Origin: Microcystis aeruginosa NIES-2549
Lineage (GTDB): Bacteria > Cyanobacteriota > Cyanobacteriia > Cyanobacteriales > Microcystaceae
Assembly: GCF_000981785.2 (NCBI RefSeq)
Contig: NZ_CP011304.1
Location: 600,001 to 632,000, forward strand
Direction: 5' to 3'
Length of the DNA: 32,000 nt
This document shows, one piece after another, positions 22,559 through 31,595 of this stretch. The position numbers were made by a program, and so were the translations under genes. The notes under the pieces are model-generated. The model made no database searches. It saw only the letters and a list, made by a program, of their open reading frames with translations, and was not told the origin of the DNA. Every line of letters starts with the position of its first letter. Within the stretch, counting starts at the first letter, position 1.

Positions 22559-22582
22559 CTACTGCACACTTAAAACTCAAAT

Positions 22583-22620
22583 CTGATAACTTATAACTGA
22601 TAACTGATAACTGATAACTG
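22583..22620. repeat. Heptamer tandem repeat (CTGATAA/CAGTTAT)n abutting the SSF symporter stop codon
   Basis: ctgataac ttataac tgataac tgataac tgataac tg. The symporter stop codon is at 22622..22624. Confidence 0.85.
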
Positions 22621-22621
22621 C

Positions 22622-24445
22622 CTAACCTAAATCTCGGTCTTTAGTGACAGTAATTTCCTTAGATAAATGGCGATACCAAGTAAAATAGAGACCGATGGAA
22701 AGCAAAAGAAAAACCAAAGCCAAAATCTTCAAACTTTGCCACTGCTTGATGATTAAAACAATCCCCATCATAAAGAGGACTAATTGCCAAGGAACGGTAA
22801 GAAAAGCGGCGATGATATCCCGTTGATTTTCCGCTTTAATTTTTGCCTGTAGGTTAGGTTTAACACTGTGACGGACTTCTCCCCAAAAGCCAAAAGGTCG
22901 GGTAACATTATAGAAATTTTCCATGACTAAACTATCAGTGGGAGGAGTTAACAAAGTAGCGATAATACAGCCAGCTAAAGCGAACAAACTCGGCACAAGA
23001 AAGAGAATATATTCCTGATATTGACTGTGACGGAAGAAAGGTAAAATTATCGCTTGTGAGGCAATAGCCGCAATCATTCCCGCTAAAGTTCCCACAGCAA
23101 AACCATAACCATTAAAGCGCCACCAATACCAACGTAATAGGAGAGGAACTGCTAATCCCACCCCTAATCCCGTGGTTAACCAACCCCAAATATCATTGAC
23201 ATTTTGGATATTAAAACTCAAAACTAAGCCAATTACTACCACAAAAATCGAGGCCAAACGACCTTGAAAAACTAACTCCTGTTCTCCCGCATTCGGTTTC
23301 AAAAAAGCTTGATAGATATCTTTGACCCAATAGGCAGCACTAGCGTTAATAACTGCGTTAAAAGTGGACATAGCCGCCGCTAAAAAAGCAGCAATTAATA
23401 ACCCTTTCATCCCCACCGGAATGTATTGAGTAATAACCGTGGCCAGAATTCTTTCCGGATCTGTAATCGTGCCTTCGGTTAAACCGTAGTGAATGCCTAA
23501 AACCGCAAAAGCTGTGACTAGAGGCCAACGGAAAGAAAGCAGAACAATCCAGAATAAAGATAATAAACCAGCATCTCGATCGCTTTTGGCGGCTAGGTAT
23601 CGTTGTAACATATAACCACCGCTGCCGCTGCAACCTTCGATGATGGTTTTAACTAAATAAAAGAAAATCACCCCACCAAACAAATTAAAGATGGCATAAT
23701 CTCCGGGTAAATCCAAAGTCAGGGAGGGAAAAATACTAGCCCATTCGCTTAAATTCCAAGTTTTTGGCTCCGTTGCCCCTGGAATGGCCACCGTGAAACT
23801 ATCGGGAAGATTAACGGTAAAAAAGGCGACTGCCGATACATAAATTACCGCCACAAAAATCAGAAACCCTTGAAATAAATCGGTAATTACCCCACCATAA
23901 AAACCACTGGCCACCGTATAAATCAAGGTTAGAAGAATTAATATCACCGAAGCAAGACGATCATCCATACCCAGAAACTGCCCTAAAAATTTCCCCCCCG
24001 CAACGGAGAAATAACTCATCGCACCGATAGAGAATAAGAGAGTGGCGACGGCGCTGATAATTCGGGCAAAATTCCCCTGTTTTCCAGTTCCAAAGCGAAA
24101 TTGCATCCATTCCGCCATGGTCATAACTTGGGCCCGGCGATTCCATTTGCCCATAAAAGCCATGAGAAAGGCCATAATTAGGACAACACCGCCGCGGATT
24201 TCGATAAATAGTCCTTTGGGTCCGACGGCGTAAATTAGGGCAGAAATGACCATAGTTCCCGCTAAATCGGTGTTAGCTGCCATTCCCGACACCCCTAACA
24301 TCCACCAAGGCAAATTGCGATTACCTAAAAAGTAGGATTCTAGACCTTGAGAAGCTTTTTTCTCGGCTATAATCCCGATTATTAGGGTTGCTGCCAGATA
24401 AAGCAGCACAATTACATAATCAATTAACTGCATAGTTGATATCAA
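22622..24445 (-). CDS. Sodium:solute symporter family (SSF) transporter, 607 aa
   Basis: About 13-14 TM helices, with an SSF-like N-terminal region (YFLGNRNLPWWMLGVSGMAANTD). The substrate cannot be inferred. Confidence 0.8.
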   Translation of the reverse strand: MISTMQLIDYVIVLLYLAATLIIGIIAEKKASQGLESYFLGNRNLPWWMLGVSGMAANTDLAGTMVISALIYAVGPKGLFIEIRGGVVLIMAFLMAFMGKWNRRAQVMTMAEWMQFRFGTGKQGNFARIISAVATLLFSIGAMSYFSVAGGKFLGQFLGMDDRLASVILILLTLIYTVASGFYGGVITDLFQGFLIFVAVIYVSAVAFFTVNLPDSFTVAIPGATEPKTWNLSEWASIFPSLTLDLPGDYAIFNLFGGVIFFYLVKTIIEGCSGSGGYMLQRYLAAKSDRDAGLLSLFWIVLLSFRWPLVTAFAVLGIHYGLTEGTITDPERILATVITQYIPVGMKGLLIAAFLAAAMSTFNAVINASAAYWVKDIYQAFLKPNAGEQELVFQGRLASIFVVVIGLVLSFNIQNVNDIWGWLTTGLGVGLAVPLLLRWYWWRFNGYGFAVGTLAGMIAAIASQAIILPFFRHSQYQEYILFLVPSLFALAGCIIATLLTPPTDSLVMENFYNVTRPFGFWGEVRHSVKPNLQAKIKAENQRDIIAAFLTVPWQLVLFMMGIVLIIKQWQSLKILALVFLLLSIGLYFTWYRHLSKEITVTKDRDLG

Positions 24446-24476
24446 TTTAACTTTCGATCGTTATAGCATCAATTGA

Positions 24477-24845
24477 CTACGATTTCTGGCTAACGGTTTC
24501 TTTTTCTAAGATTTGCACCCGTTGCTCTAGCTTTTTTAAATCTTCCTTTAATTCAATTACTAAAGTGGCTAAACGCTGGAATAGTGGGTCACTTTCCCCG
24601 ACCACTTCCCCATTTACTATACCCGTTCCCGATCGCCGTTGGGGAATCGGAGCGGCATTTTCCCTGCGGATGGTTATTCCTCGGACTTGACTTTCAAGGC
24701 GCTCGACTCGATTGCGGAGACTCATTAACTCCGATCTTACCGCCGTATCCGATTGTGCTTTGCTGGCATTAACAAAACTCAGTATTAGCAAAAGAGAGAT
24801 AATCAGGGTTAAAAAGCCATAAAAAGAGATTTTAGCTAATTTCAT
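24477..24845 (-). CDS. Secreted coiled-coil hypothetical protein (122 aa)
   Basis: Signal-peptide-like N-terminus (...LSFVNASKAQ) and heptad-rich helices at both ends. Confidence 0.55.
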   Translation of the reverse strand: MKLAKISFYGFLTLIISLLLILSFVNASKAQSDTAVRSELMSLRNRVERLESQVRGITIRRENAAPIPQRRSGTGIVNGEVVGESDPLFQRLATLVIELKEDLKKLEQRVQILEKETVSQKS

Positions 24846-24998
24846 CGATTTTACCCCCTATCTATCTGACCCGACTTAATGTTAAGAAACGTGGCTAAAT
24901 CTAAAGCTTGATTGCAATTCCGCCTCCGGGTGATTAGTGGCTCAAAAGAGGATGATAAGGTAAAAAGCACGATTTTGTCGAAATTTGGCCTTATCTCT

Positions 24999-25172
24999 AT
25001 GTATAAAAACTCAGATAAAGATTTTCTCGGAGCAGCAATCACAGCCGGTTTAGGTGCGGGAATCGTCACTTCTTTTGCCGTCAATCAAGGACAAGACATC
25101 GGTACAGCTTTAGGAATTACCGCTTTAGCGGCTGTTTGCGGTGTTATCTGCCGTCATTTTGACCTAATGTGA
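24999..25172 (+). CDS. Possible small Gly/Ala-rich membrane protein (57 aa)
   Basis: MYKNSDKDFLGAAITAGLGAGIVTSF...ALGITALAAVCGVICRHF. The start was trimmed from ORF 24912. An overlapping minus-strand ORF, 24851..25084, competes with it. Confidence 0.35.
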   Translation: MYKNSDKDFLGAAITAGLGAGIVTSFAVNQGQDIGTALGITALAAVCGVICRHFDLM

Positions 25173-25183
25173 TGCAATCTTCC

Positions 25184-25786
25184 TCACACCTCCAATTCTG
25201 CCGAAAAATCCCGTTTTTTCTCGTATTGATAGGGACCGAGCAGAGCGCCCCAAATTCCCTTACCGGTGCTGGGATCTAGACCTTTATCGTAGGTTTTTAG
25301 GCTATGACTCGTCACCTCGAAACCCAAAGACACCTGATAGGTTGTCCCCTCATAGGTGAATTGACAGTGCTGTTCCGGTTGCGGTTGGGCGATAAACTGG
25401 TATTGATTATCAGCGAGAGTATGGACTTGAACCGCTAAAGTGCAAGTAGGCAGGAAAGTTAGGTCTTCTAAGCTAATTTTTCGCAAAATATCGGGATTTT
25501 TGCCCGCACCTTGCACGGATTTCAGGTCATTAAACATATAATGCCTAACCTCTAACCCTGCCGATTCCGAGCGCGTTAATCGCCACAGTCGCGGTCGGTA
25601 GGGTTGGTCTAAATTGATTATACTGGCCTGTTCGGCAAAAAGAGCGATGCTGTCTTCCCGAAACAAAGGCAGCGGACGCAACCATAAACGCAGGTGAACG
25701 TACCACACCGGTTCTGCTTGCGCTTGCCGTTGATTTTCAAATTCACCCGCGAGATACCGACCGAAAGTGATTAATTCAGGGGTCAT
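25184..25786 (-). CDS. cpcT: Phycobiliprotein chromophore (bilin) lyase, CpcT/CpeT family
   Basis: The N-terminus LITFGRYLAGEFENQRQAQAEPVWYVHLRLWLRPLP is the family signature, and the protein is about 200 aa. Confidence 0.85.
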   Translation of the reverse strand: MTPELITFGRYLAGEFENQRQAQAEPVWYVHLRLWLRPLPLFREDSIALFAEQASIINLDQPYRPRLWRLTRSESAGLEVRHYMFNDLKSVQGAGKNPDILRKISLEDLTFLPTCTLAVQVHTLADNQYQFIAQPQPEQHCQFTYEGTTYQVSLGFEVTSHSLKTYDKGLDPSTGKGIWGALLGPYQYEKKRDFSAELEV

Positions 25787-26025
25787 AGCTCAAAAAATTC
25801 TCCGTATTGCCTCAAAATTAATCATAACACCCAGAGAAATAACTTTTTTAACAAAAATGACCTTCAGTCCACCGGAACCCGCTTAAACTGGGTTATTGCC
25901 CCTTGATTGTACCAATATTCCCAGCCAGCGCTTGAGGTCAAATTTACCGTTAAAAATCGTCCTATAATAATTCAAGGCTAGAAACTGACAATTATTAATG
26001 TTGAAGTTGAGAATCGGCGGGCGAT

Positions 26026-27174
26026 ATGTTAAACAGACGTTCTTTTTTGCAAGGATTAGGTACAATCGCCTTAGCGGGGGGTTTAAATGGCTGCGCTTCC
26101 GGAAGCGGCGAGCCGAGCATTGTTCTCCTGTCCGGTTCGATTCCGCCGCGATTACTAACAGATTTTCAGAAAACTATTGCCGAAAAAAAAGTCAATTTTC
26201 AGTCGGAAAGGCAGCTGAAAGAGCTATTAAAATTGTTAGAAAAATGGTTAAAAAATCAGGGGCAACCGGCCTCACAATTTCCGATTCCTATCCCTTTTAG
26301 GGAACAGAACCCAGCTATCGGTAATTTAGTCACCCTAGGGGATGCTTGGCTAGGAAAAGCGATTACTAACGGTTTAATTCAACCTCTAGATACTTCTCAA
26401 CTCTCTAATTGGTCAAAACTGCCCCCCCGTTGGCAAGAAAACATGACTCGCAATGGCCAAGGACAACTGCAAACAGAGGGAAAAGTCTGGGGTGCGCCCT
26501 ACCGTTGGGGAATGACAGTAATTGCCTATAATGAGGAAAAATTCGCTCAATTTGACTGGCGACCACAGGATTGGTCTGATTTATGGCGACCAGAATTAAC
26601 TGGTAAAATTGCCCTAATTGATAATCGTCGCGAAGTCATCGGTTTAACCCTAAAAAAATTGGGTTATTCTTATAATTCCAGTGATTTAAAACAAGTTGCG
26701 CGACTAAAAGACCAGCTATTCACTTTACAAAAACAGGTAAGATTTTATAGTTCTCAACATTACTTACAACCCCTGATACTCGGTGATGTCTGGCTGTCTG
26801 TGGGTTGGTCTAATGATATTTTACCAGTGAGTAATCGCTATAAGAAAATTAAAGTTGTTGTCCCCAAATCTGGCACTTCCCTCTGGTCAGATGTGTGGGT
26901 AAAACCAGTTTTAACTACTCCTAATTCTCTTGTCCAGCAATGGATTGATTTTTGTTGGCAACCAGAATCCGCTACTAAAATTTCTTTATTTACCTCCGGA
27001 TTATCTCCCCTAATTCTCACTGAAAATCCCGACCAAATTTCCCCAGATATTAGAAATAATCCTTTACTTGTCAATCCGGAAGCGATCAAAAAAAGCGATT
27101 TTTTAAACCCTTTATCGCCAGCAACCGAGCAAGAATACGAGCAATTATGGCAAGCAATGCGACAGTTAGTATAG
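26026..27174 (+). CDS. Periplasmic solute-binding lipoprotein, PotD/PotF-like (polyamine-type) family
   Basis: Tat-like signal plus lipobox MLNRRSFLQGLGTIALAGGLNGC, with a PotD-like core (WGAPYRWGMTVIAYN, GDVWLSVGWSND). Confidence 0.75.
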   Translation: MLNRRSFLQGLGTIALAGGLNGCASGSGEPSIVLLSGSIPPRLLTDFQKTIAEKKVNFQSERQLKELLKLLEKWLKNQGQPASQFPIPIPFREQNPAIGNLVTLGDAWLGKAITNGLIQPLDTSQLSNWSKLPPRWQENMTRNGQGQLQTEGKVWGAPYRWGMTVIAYNEEKFAQFDWRPQDWSDLWRPELTGKIALIDNRREVIGLTLKKLGYSYNSSDLKQVARLKDQLFTLQKQVRFYSSQHYLQPLILGDVWLSVGWSNDILPVSNRYKKIKVVVPKSGTSLWSDVWVKPVLTTPNSLVQQWIDFCWQPESATKISLFTSGLSPLILTENPDQISPDIRNNPLLVNPEAIKKSDFLNPLSPATEQEYEQLWQAMRQLV

Positions 27175-27325
27175 TCAGGAGATACTAGACAAAATTCTGC
27201 GGGTTGTCTCTTTGTGTCCTCTGTGCCTCTGTAGTTTAAAAAATGCTTATTGCCTGATCTCGAAATCAGACCAAAAAGGAATAGTTTTAAAGCAACAGGA
27301 GATACTAGGCAAAATTCTGTGAGTC
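27175..27325. repeat. Two direct copies of about 29 bp (caggagatactagRcaaaattctg) bracketing a roughly 90-bp MITE-like segment
   Basis: Copies at 27175..27204 and 27296..27325. The intervening DNA carries ctctttgtgtcctctgtgcctctgtag, related to 16759..16788. Confidence 0.7.
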
Positions 27326-27345
27326 GGAAACTTAACACTGATAAC

Positions 27346-27564
27346 TCATAAATTATACTTTCCTGAAAACCATTTGTATATAAGGTATAAAATGCTCGCA
27401 TTAACTACAAGACTAAGAAATTCAGAATATCTGTTTGCTTGTAAATTTGATGATGATCCTCCGAGCATTGCTTGTATATGGTTATTAACTTCTGGAGCAA
27501 TTAAAGTTATATAAGCGGCGACAACAAGGATAAATCCTAGCAGATAGCGATTAGACTGATTCAT
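27346..27564 (-). CDS. Possible small two-TM protein (72 aa)
   Basis: The internal Met of ORF 27346..27693 (MNQSNRYLLGFILVVAAYITLIAP...) is used as the start. The longer form only translates the heptamer repeat. Confidence 0.3.
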   Translation of the reverse strand: MNQSNRYLLGFILVVAAYITLIAPEVNNHIQAMLGGSSSNLQANRYSEFLSLVVNASILYLIYKWFSGKYNL

Positions 27565-27595
27565 CAATATTAAGGTGAAAAATACATTTACCCAA

Positions 27596-27636
27596 CTGAT
27601 GACTGATAACTGATAACTGATAACTGATAACTGATT
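27596..27636. repeat. Heptamer tandem repeat (CTGATAA/CAGTTAT)n abutting the M50 protease stop codon
   Basis: ctgatga ctgataa ctgataa ctgataa ctgataa ctgatta. The stop codon at 27635..27637 lies in the last unit. Confidence 0.85.
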
Positions 27637-28756
27637 AAGCGGTTTGACTTTGGGTTTCTTGGGCGAGAAAAGTAAGGATAGAAGCTTTCTCAATTAGCCC
27701 CAAAACTGTGCCGTTTTCTTCCACCACTGTCACTTGAGATAAATTTTCGCCTTCCAAAATTTTCACCACATCTAGGAGGGAAGTATTAGACAAAACCAGT
27801 TTAAGACTTTCGCTAGTTTGTAATAACTGGCCGATATTTACCTGGGTCCATTGGGAAGTGGGAATCGTTTTCAGAGCCTCTACATTAATCACCCCTAATA
27901 GTTTACCTTCGCTATCGGTAACTAGGAATTTAGACCATTGTTGTTTACCGATAACATAATTATTAGCAAACTCGCGCAGGGTTAAATTAATCGGCACTAC
28001 AGGACTATTAGGAGAGATAACATCTTTAGCGGTGTAGCGACTTAGGAAATCTTGAACCTTAGCTGATTGAGCGGAAAAGCCAGCATTTTGTAGAAGGAAA
28101 AAGCCAATTAATAGCGTCCAAGCACTGCCAAATTGACTGATTCCGAGAATTGATAGCGCACCGATGACAATCGCTAACCAACCAAAAAATTGACCGAAAC
28201 GACTAGCGAATAAAACCCCTTTATTGGGATTACCCGTTACTTGCCAAACGATGGCTTTAAGGATATTACCACCATCTAAAGGTAAACCGGGGATCAGGTT
28301 AAATAAACCTAGGGCGAGGTTGATATAGGCAAGCAGAGAAAGAATCGCCGCCATCGGCCCATTTAAGCTAATATTGAGACCAATAATTAGGAAGATACCG
28401 AAGAGCAGTAAACTAACTAAAGGGCCGGCAATTGCTACTAGAAAAGCTTCTAGGGGAGTTTTCGATTCTCTGCCGAGAGTTGCCAACCCACCGAATAAAA
28501 AGAGGGTAATTGATTTGACTTCAATACCTTGGGCGATGGCAACAAAACTATGACCTAATTCGTGGGCAACCACGGAGGCAAATAGGAGAATAGCGGCAAA
28601 AAATCCTAAGAGCCAGGGCAGGATTCCCGTTAACTGGGGAAACTGACTTAAATCTCCTCCATAGGTTAAGGTAATTAACCCCAGAACAAAGAACCAAGAA
28701 GGATTAATATAAAAGGGAATTCCAAAGAGATTCCCAACTCTAATGTTGCCATTCAT
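27635..28756 (-). CDS. Site-2 (M50) family zinc metalloprotease with C-terminal CBS pair
   Basis: HELGH zinc motif, the LPLDGG motif, multiple TM helices, and two CBS-like segments at the C-terminus. The start was trimmed to MNGNIRVGNLFGIPFYINPSW. Confidence 0.85.
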   Translation of the reverse strand: MNGNIRVGNLFGIPFYINPSWFFVLGLITLTYGGDLSQFPQLTGILPWLLGFFAAILLFASVVAHELGHSFVAIAQGIEVKSITLFLFGGLATLGRESKTPLEAFLVAIAGPLVSLLLFGIFLIIGLNISLNGPMAAILSLLAYINLALGLFNLIPGLPLDGGNILKAIVWQVTGNPNKGVLFASRFGQFFGWLAIVIGALSILGISQFGSAWTLLIGFFLLQNAGFSAQSAKVQDFLSRYTAKDVISPNSPVVPINLTLREFANNYVIGKQQWSKFLVTDSEGKLLGVINVEALKTIPTSQWTQVNIGQLLQTSESLKLVLSNTSLLDVVKILEGENLSQVTVVEENGTVLGLIEKASILTFLAQETQSQTA

Positions 28757-28927
28757 TTTGTATCTTCTCCAATTATCGGGGACTAACGCCAAGAAGATTA
28801 GGTTATCAATTACGCCATTCACTTCTGTTAACAATTGTAACAAAAATGAAAATCTCTCCAGCATTCCTTCAGGGAGTAAAAACCGTCATTGCTGTGGTTC
28901 GGTTATTTTCGTAGGAGAATTAAATCA

Positions 28928-29557
28928 ATGATTAATTATTTACGCGGACAAGCGATCGAGGTGATCAAAACCCCTAATAACCGACTGATCTTGATTTTAG
29001 ACGTAAACCAGATCGGTTACGAAATCCAAATTCCCTCGCGATTAGCCCTAGACATCGGCAAAGATAACAATGATAGTTGTCAGATTTTTACTCACCTACT
29101 CCTTCGCGAGGAGCAGCCTTTATTGTACGGTTTCGGCACCGCCCCAGAGCGAGATCTGTTTCGTCAACTGCTTGCCGTCAATGGAGTTGGGGCGCAATTA
29201 GCCCTAGCTTTAATCGATACCTTGGGGATTGAGGAACTTGTGGTGGCGATAGTGACAGGAAATACCAAAATTTTGAGCAAAACCCCCGGAGTCGGCTTAA
29301 AAACAGCAGAAAGAATCGCTTTGGAGTTAAAAACTAAATTGGCAGCATGGCGACAGCTAAGAGAAGCGACGACGACAACCACGGCAATACTGCCGGCAGC
29401 GGACATCCTCGAAGATGTGCAGATGACCCTTTTAGCTTTAGGATACAGCCAAGAGGAGATCGATCGAGCTATCGCAGTCCTCAGTCAAGATGCTTTATTT
29501 AGTAAAAATACTCAGCCAGAAGACTGGATTAAAGGGGCAATTAATTGGCTAGGCTAA
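28928..29557 (+). CDS. ruvA: Holliday junction branch-migration complex subunit RuvA
   Basis: MINYLRGQAIEV...GYEIQIP..., the HhH motifs LLAVNGVGAQLALAL and SKTPGVGLKTAERI, and a domain III tail. Confidence 0.9.
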   Translation: MINYLRGQAIEVIKTPNNRLILILDVNQIGYEIQIPSRLALDIGKDNNDSCQIFTHLLLREEQPLLYGFGTAPERDLFRQLLAVNGVGAQLALALIDTLGIEELVVAIVTGNTKILSKTPGVGLKTAERIALELKTKLAAWRQLREATTTTTAILPAADILEDVQMTLLALGYSQEEIDRAIAVLSQDALFSKNTQPEDWIKGAINWLG

Positions 29558-29582
29558 ATCAGGAGATAGGAGACAGCCTTTT

Positions 29583-29614
29583 CAGTTATCAGTTATCAGT
29601 GATCAGTTATCAGA
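29583..29614. repeat. Heptamer tandem repeat (CAGTTAT)n 26 nt after the ruvA stop
   Basis: cagttat cagttat cagtgat cagttat cag. Confidence 0.8.
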
Positions 29615-29834
29615 TGCGAGTTTTCCGTTCACTAGACATCTCCAAAAATTATAACCCAATCACAGCTTGTTTTTGGTCTGTGTACTAATTAAGTAGTTCG
29701 ATGCCCAAAATGTATATCTATCGTTGCTAATTCAATTTCACTGAAAAAATATGAGGCAATTAAAATCATTTTTATTTGGGTAGATTCCTTAACTAGAGAG
29801 ACTTTTAGCCTTGAGATAATGTTAGATCGAGGTT

Positions 29835-29869
29835 CACTGATTACTGATTACTGTTTACTGTTCACTGAC
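29835..29869. repeat. Related heptamer repeat (CACTGAT/TACTGAT/TACTGTT) upstream of apcA
   Basis: cactgat tactgat tactgtt tactgtt cactgac. Confidence 0.75.
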
Positions 29870-30098
29870 AAATCGCTCCCCATTTCCCCACTCCCTTGTG
29901 AGGGCAAATGTTAAAAAGTATTAAGAAAATAGTGAGAAGGTGAACCAGATGCCGCAAAATAGTTGCGTTAGGTCGCTCTAGCTAGGGAAGTCTTGAGACG
30001 CTGAGGCGGAAACGAGATAACTTAAGCGTAGTGACCACAACTGCTATAAAATGTCAGATTAAGTTTATTAATCTCACTTAGTTGGGAGGAATCCATCA

Positions 30099-30584
30099 AT
30101 GAGTATCGTCACGAAATCGATCGTGAATGCTGATGCTGAAGCTCGTTACCTCAGCCCCGGCGAACTAGACAGAATTAAAGCCTTCGTTGGCAGTGGTGCC
30201 GCTCGTTTACGCATCGCTGAAACCCTGACCGGCGCTCGCGAAACCATCGTCAAACAAGCTGGCGATCGCTTATTCCAAAAACGTCCTGACATCGTTTCCC
30301 CCGGTGGCAACGCTTACGGCGAAGAAATGACCGCTACCTGTCTGCGTGACATGGACTACTACCTACGTTTAATCACCTACGGAGTAGTTGCTGGTGATGT
30401 CACCCCGATTGAAGAAATCGGTTTAGTCGGTGTGCGTGAAATGTACAAATCTTTAGGAACCGACATCGGTGCCGTAGCTCAAAGCGTTCGCGAAATGAAA
30501 GAAGTTGCTACCGGTCTTATGTCTTCTGACGATGCTTCTGAAGCTTCTTCCTACTTCGATTACGTGATCGGCTCTATGTCGTAG
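30099..30584 (+). CDS. apcA: Allophycocyanin alpha subunit
   Basis: [26 protein letters not shown]..., 161 aa, with the chromophore Cys context [12 protein letters not shown]. Confidence 0.98.
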   Translation: MSIVTKSIVNADAEARYLSPGELDRIKAFVGSGAARLRIAETLTGARETIVKQAGDRLFQKRPDIVSPGGNAYGEEMTATCLRDMDYYLRLITYGVVAGDVTPIEEIGLVGVREMYKSLGTDIGAVAQSVREMKEVATGLMSSDDASEASSYFDYVIGSMS

Positions 30585-30663
30585 AATAATTCCTTTGTGA
30601 ATCGTTCTAGACACACCCCTCGTAAACCTCTTAAGATTAAGCAAAACCCAAGGAAGAACCACC

Positions 30664-31149
30664 ATGCAAGACGCAATTACTTCTGTTATCAACTCTGCTG
30701 ACGTTCAAGGCAAATACCTTGACGCTTCTGCTCTCGGCAAACTGAAAGGCTACTTCGCCACCGGTGAACTGCGCGTGCGCGCCGCTAGTGTCATTAGCGC
30801 CAACGCTGCCGGTATCGTTAAAGAAGCTGTGGCTAAGTCCCTGTTATACTCTGACGTAACCCGTCCCGGTGGTAATATGTACACCACCCGTCGTTACGCC
30901 GCTTGTATCCGTGACCTCGACTACTATCTCCGTTATGCTACCTACGCTATGTTAGCTGGAGATCCTTCTATCCTCGACGAGCGCGTTCTCAACGGCCTGA
31001 AAGAAACCTACAACTCTTTAGGTGTACCCATCTCCTCCACCGTTCAAGCTATTCAAGCGATGAAAGAAGTCACCGCTAGTTTAGTTGGTGCTGATGCGGG
31101 TAAAGAAATGGGGATTTACTTCGACTACATTAGCTCTGGCTTAAGCTAG
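30664..31149 (+). CDS. apcB: Allophycocyanin beta subunit
   Basis: [20 protein letters not shown]..., 161 aa, with [13 protein letters not shown]. Confidence 0.98.
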   Translation: MQDAITSVINSADVQGKYLDASALGKLKGYFATGELRVRAASVISANAAGIVKEAVAKSLLYSDVTRPGGNMYTTRRYAACIRDLDYYLRYATYAMLAGDPSILDERVLNGLKETYNSLGVPISSTVQAIQAMKEVTASLVGADAGKEMGIYFDYISSGLS

Positions 31150-31339
31150 AAGTAACGAACTCGGACAAAATAGGGTTCGGGAAGCCGAGGATGAGTGCTA
31201 GGTCTTTAAAGGCTGAATCTGGCCAAGATAGGTTTTGACGAGCTAGTATTGATCCTTGACTCCCGACCTTTGTTATTTTAGGAAAAAGCCTTCGTTAGTT
31301 TAAGCGACAAGTTTTTCAGCGATTAGGAGAAATCAATCC

Positions 31340-31543
31340 ATGCGGATGTTCAAAATCACCGCTTGTGTTCCTAGCCAAAGCCGCATTCGGACACAACGGG
31401 AATTACAAAATACCTATTTCACCAAACTCGTTCCCTACGATAATTGGTTTCGTGAGCAACAACGCATCATGAAAATGGGCGGCAAAATTGTCAAAGTGCA
31501 GTTAGCTACTGGCAAACCAGGGACTAATACAGGTTTACTGTAA
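31340..31543 (+). CDS. apcC: Phycobilisome core linker Lc7.8
   Basis: MRMFKITACVPSQSRIRTQRELQNTYFTKLVPYDNWFREQQRIMKMGGKIVKV, 67 aa, downstream of apcAB. Confidence 0.95.
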   Translation: MRMFKITACVPSQSRIRTQRELQNTYFTKLVPYDNWFREQQRIMKMGGKIVKVQLATGKPGTNTGLL

Positions 31544-31564
31544 TTGGCTGCCACTGGAACTTTA

Positions 31565-31592
31565 AAAAAGAGGTCTGGAAAGACCTCTTTTT
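31565..31592. terminator. Bidirectional intrinsic terminator between convergent apcC and msrB
   Basis: aaaaagaggtct-ggaa-agacctcttttt is a perfect stem flanked by an A-run and a T-run. It lies 21 nt after the apcC stop and 3 nt after the msrB stop. Confidence 0.85.
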
Positions 31593-31595
31593 GCT

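Noticed and set aside
23358-24233. ORFs 23358..23633(-), 23961..24146(-) and 24042..24233(+) within the SSF transporter gene.
   Set aside because: They are alternative-frame or antisense ORFs inside a long, well-supported membrane transporter CDS.
24851-25084. 77-aa minus-strand ORF between the coiled-coil protein gene and cpcT.
   Set aside because: It competes with the plus-strand ORF encoding a Gly/Ala-rich TM peptide, which looks more protein-like. Neither is strongly supported, so only the plus-strand one was kept, at low confidence.
25883-26300. ORFs 25883..26065(-) and 25998..26300(+) around the start of the PotD-like gene.
   Set aside because: 25998..26300 is an alternative frame of the binding-protein gene. 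25883..26065 spans its promoter and start and has no features.
26838-27401. 187-aa minus-strand ORF overlapping the 3' end of the PotD-like gene and the repeat region.
   Set aside because: It is antisense to a well-supported CDS for half its length, the remainder translates the dispersed repeats, and the composition is Cys/Ser-rich and low-complexity.
27565-27693. Upstream part of ORF 27346..27693, including QLSVISYQLSVIS.
   Set aside because: This segment is merely the translation of the heptamer tandem repeat, and it overlaps the 3' end of the M50 protease gene.
31150-31339. The 190-bp apcB-apcC spacer with partially complementary ends (ggttcgggaagc / gactcccgacc) as a novel regulatory RNA.
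   Set aside because: The complementarity is imperfect, and processing or stability stem-loops within apc operons are already described. Nothing beyond that can be supported by eye.
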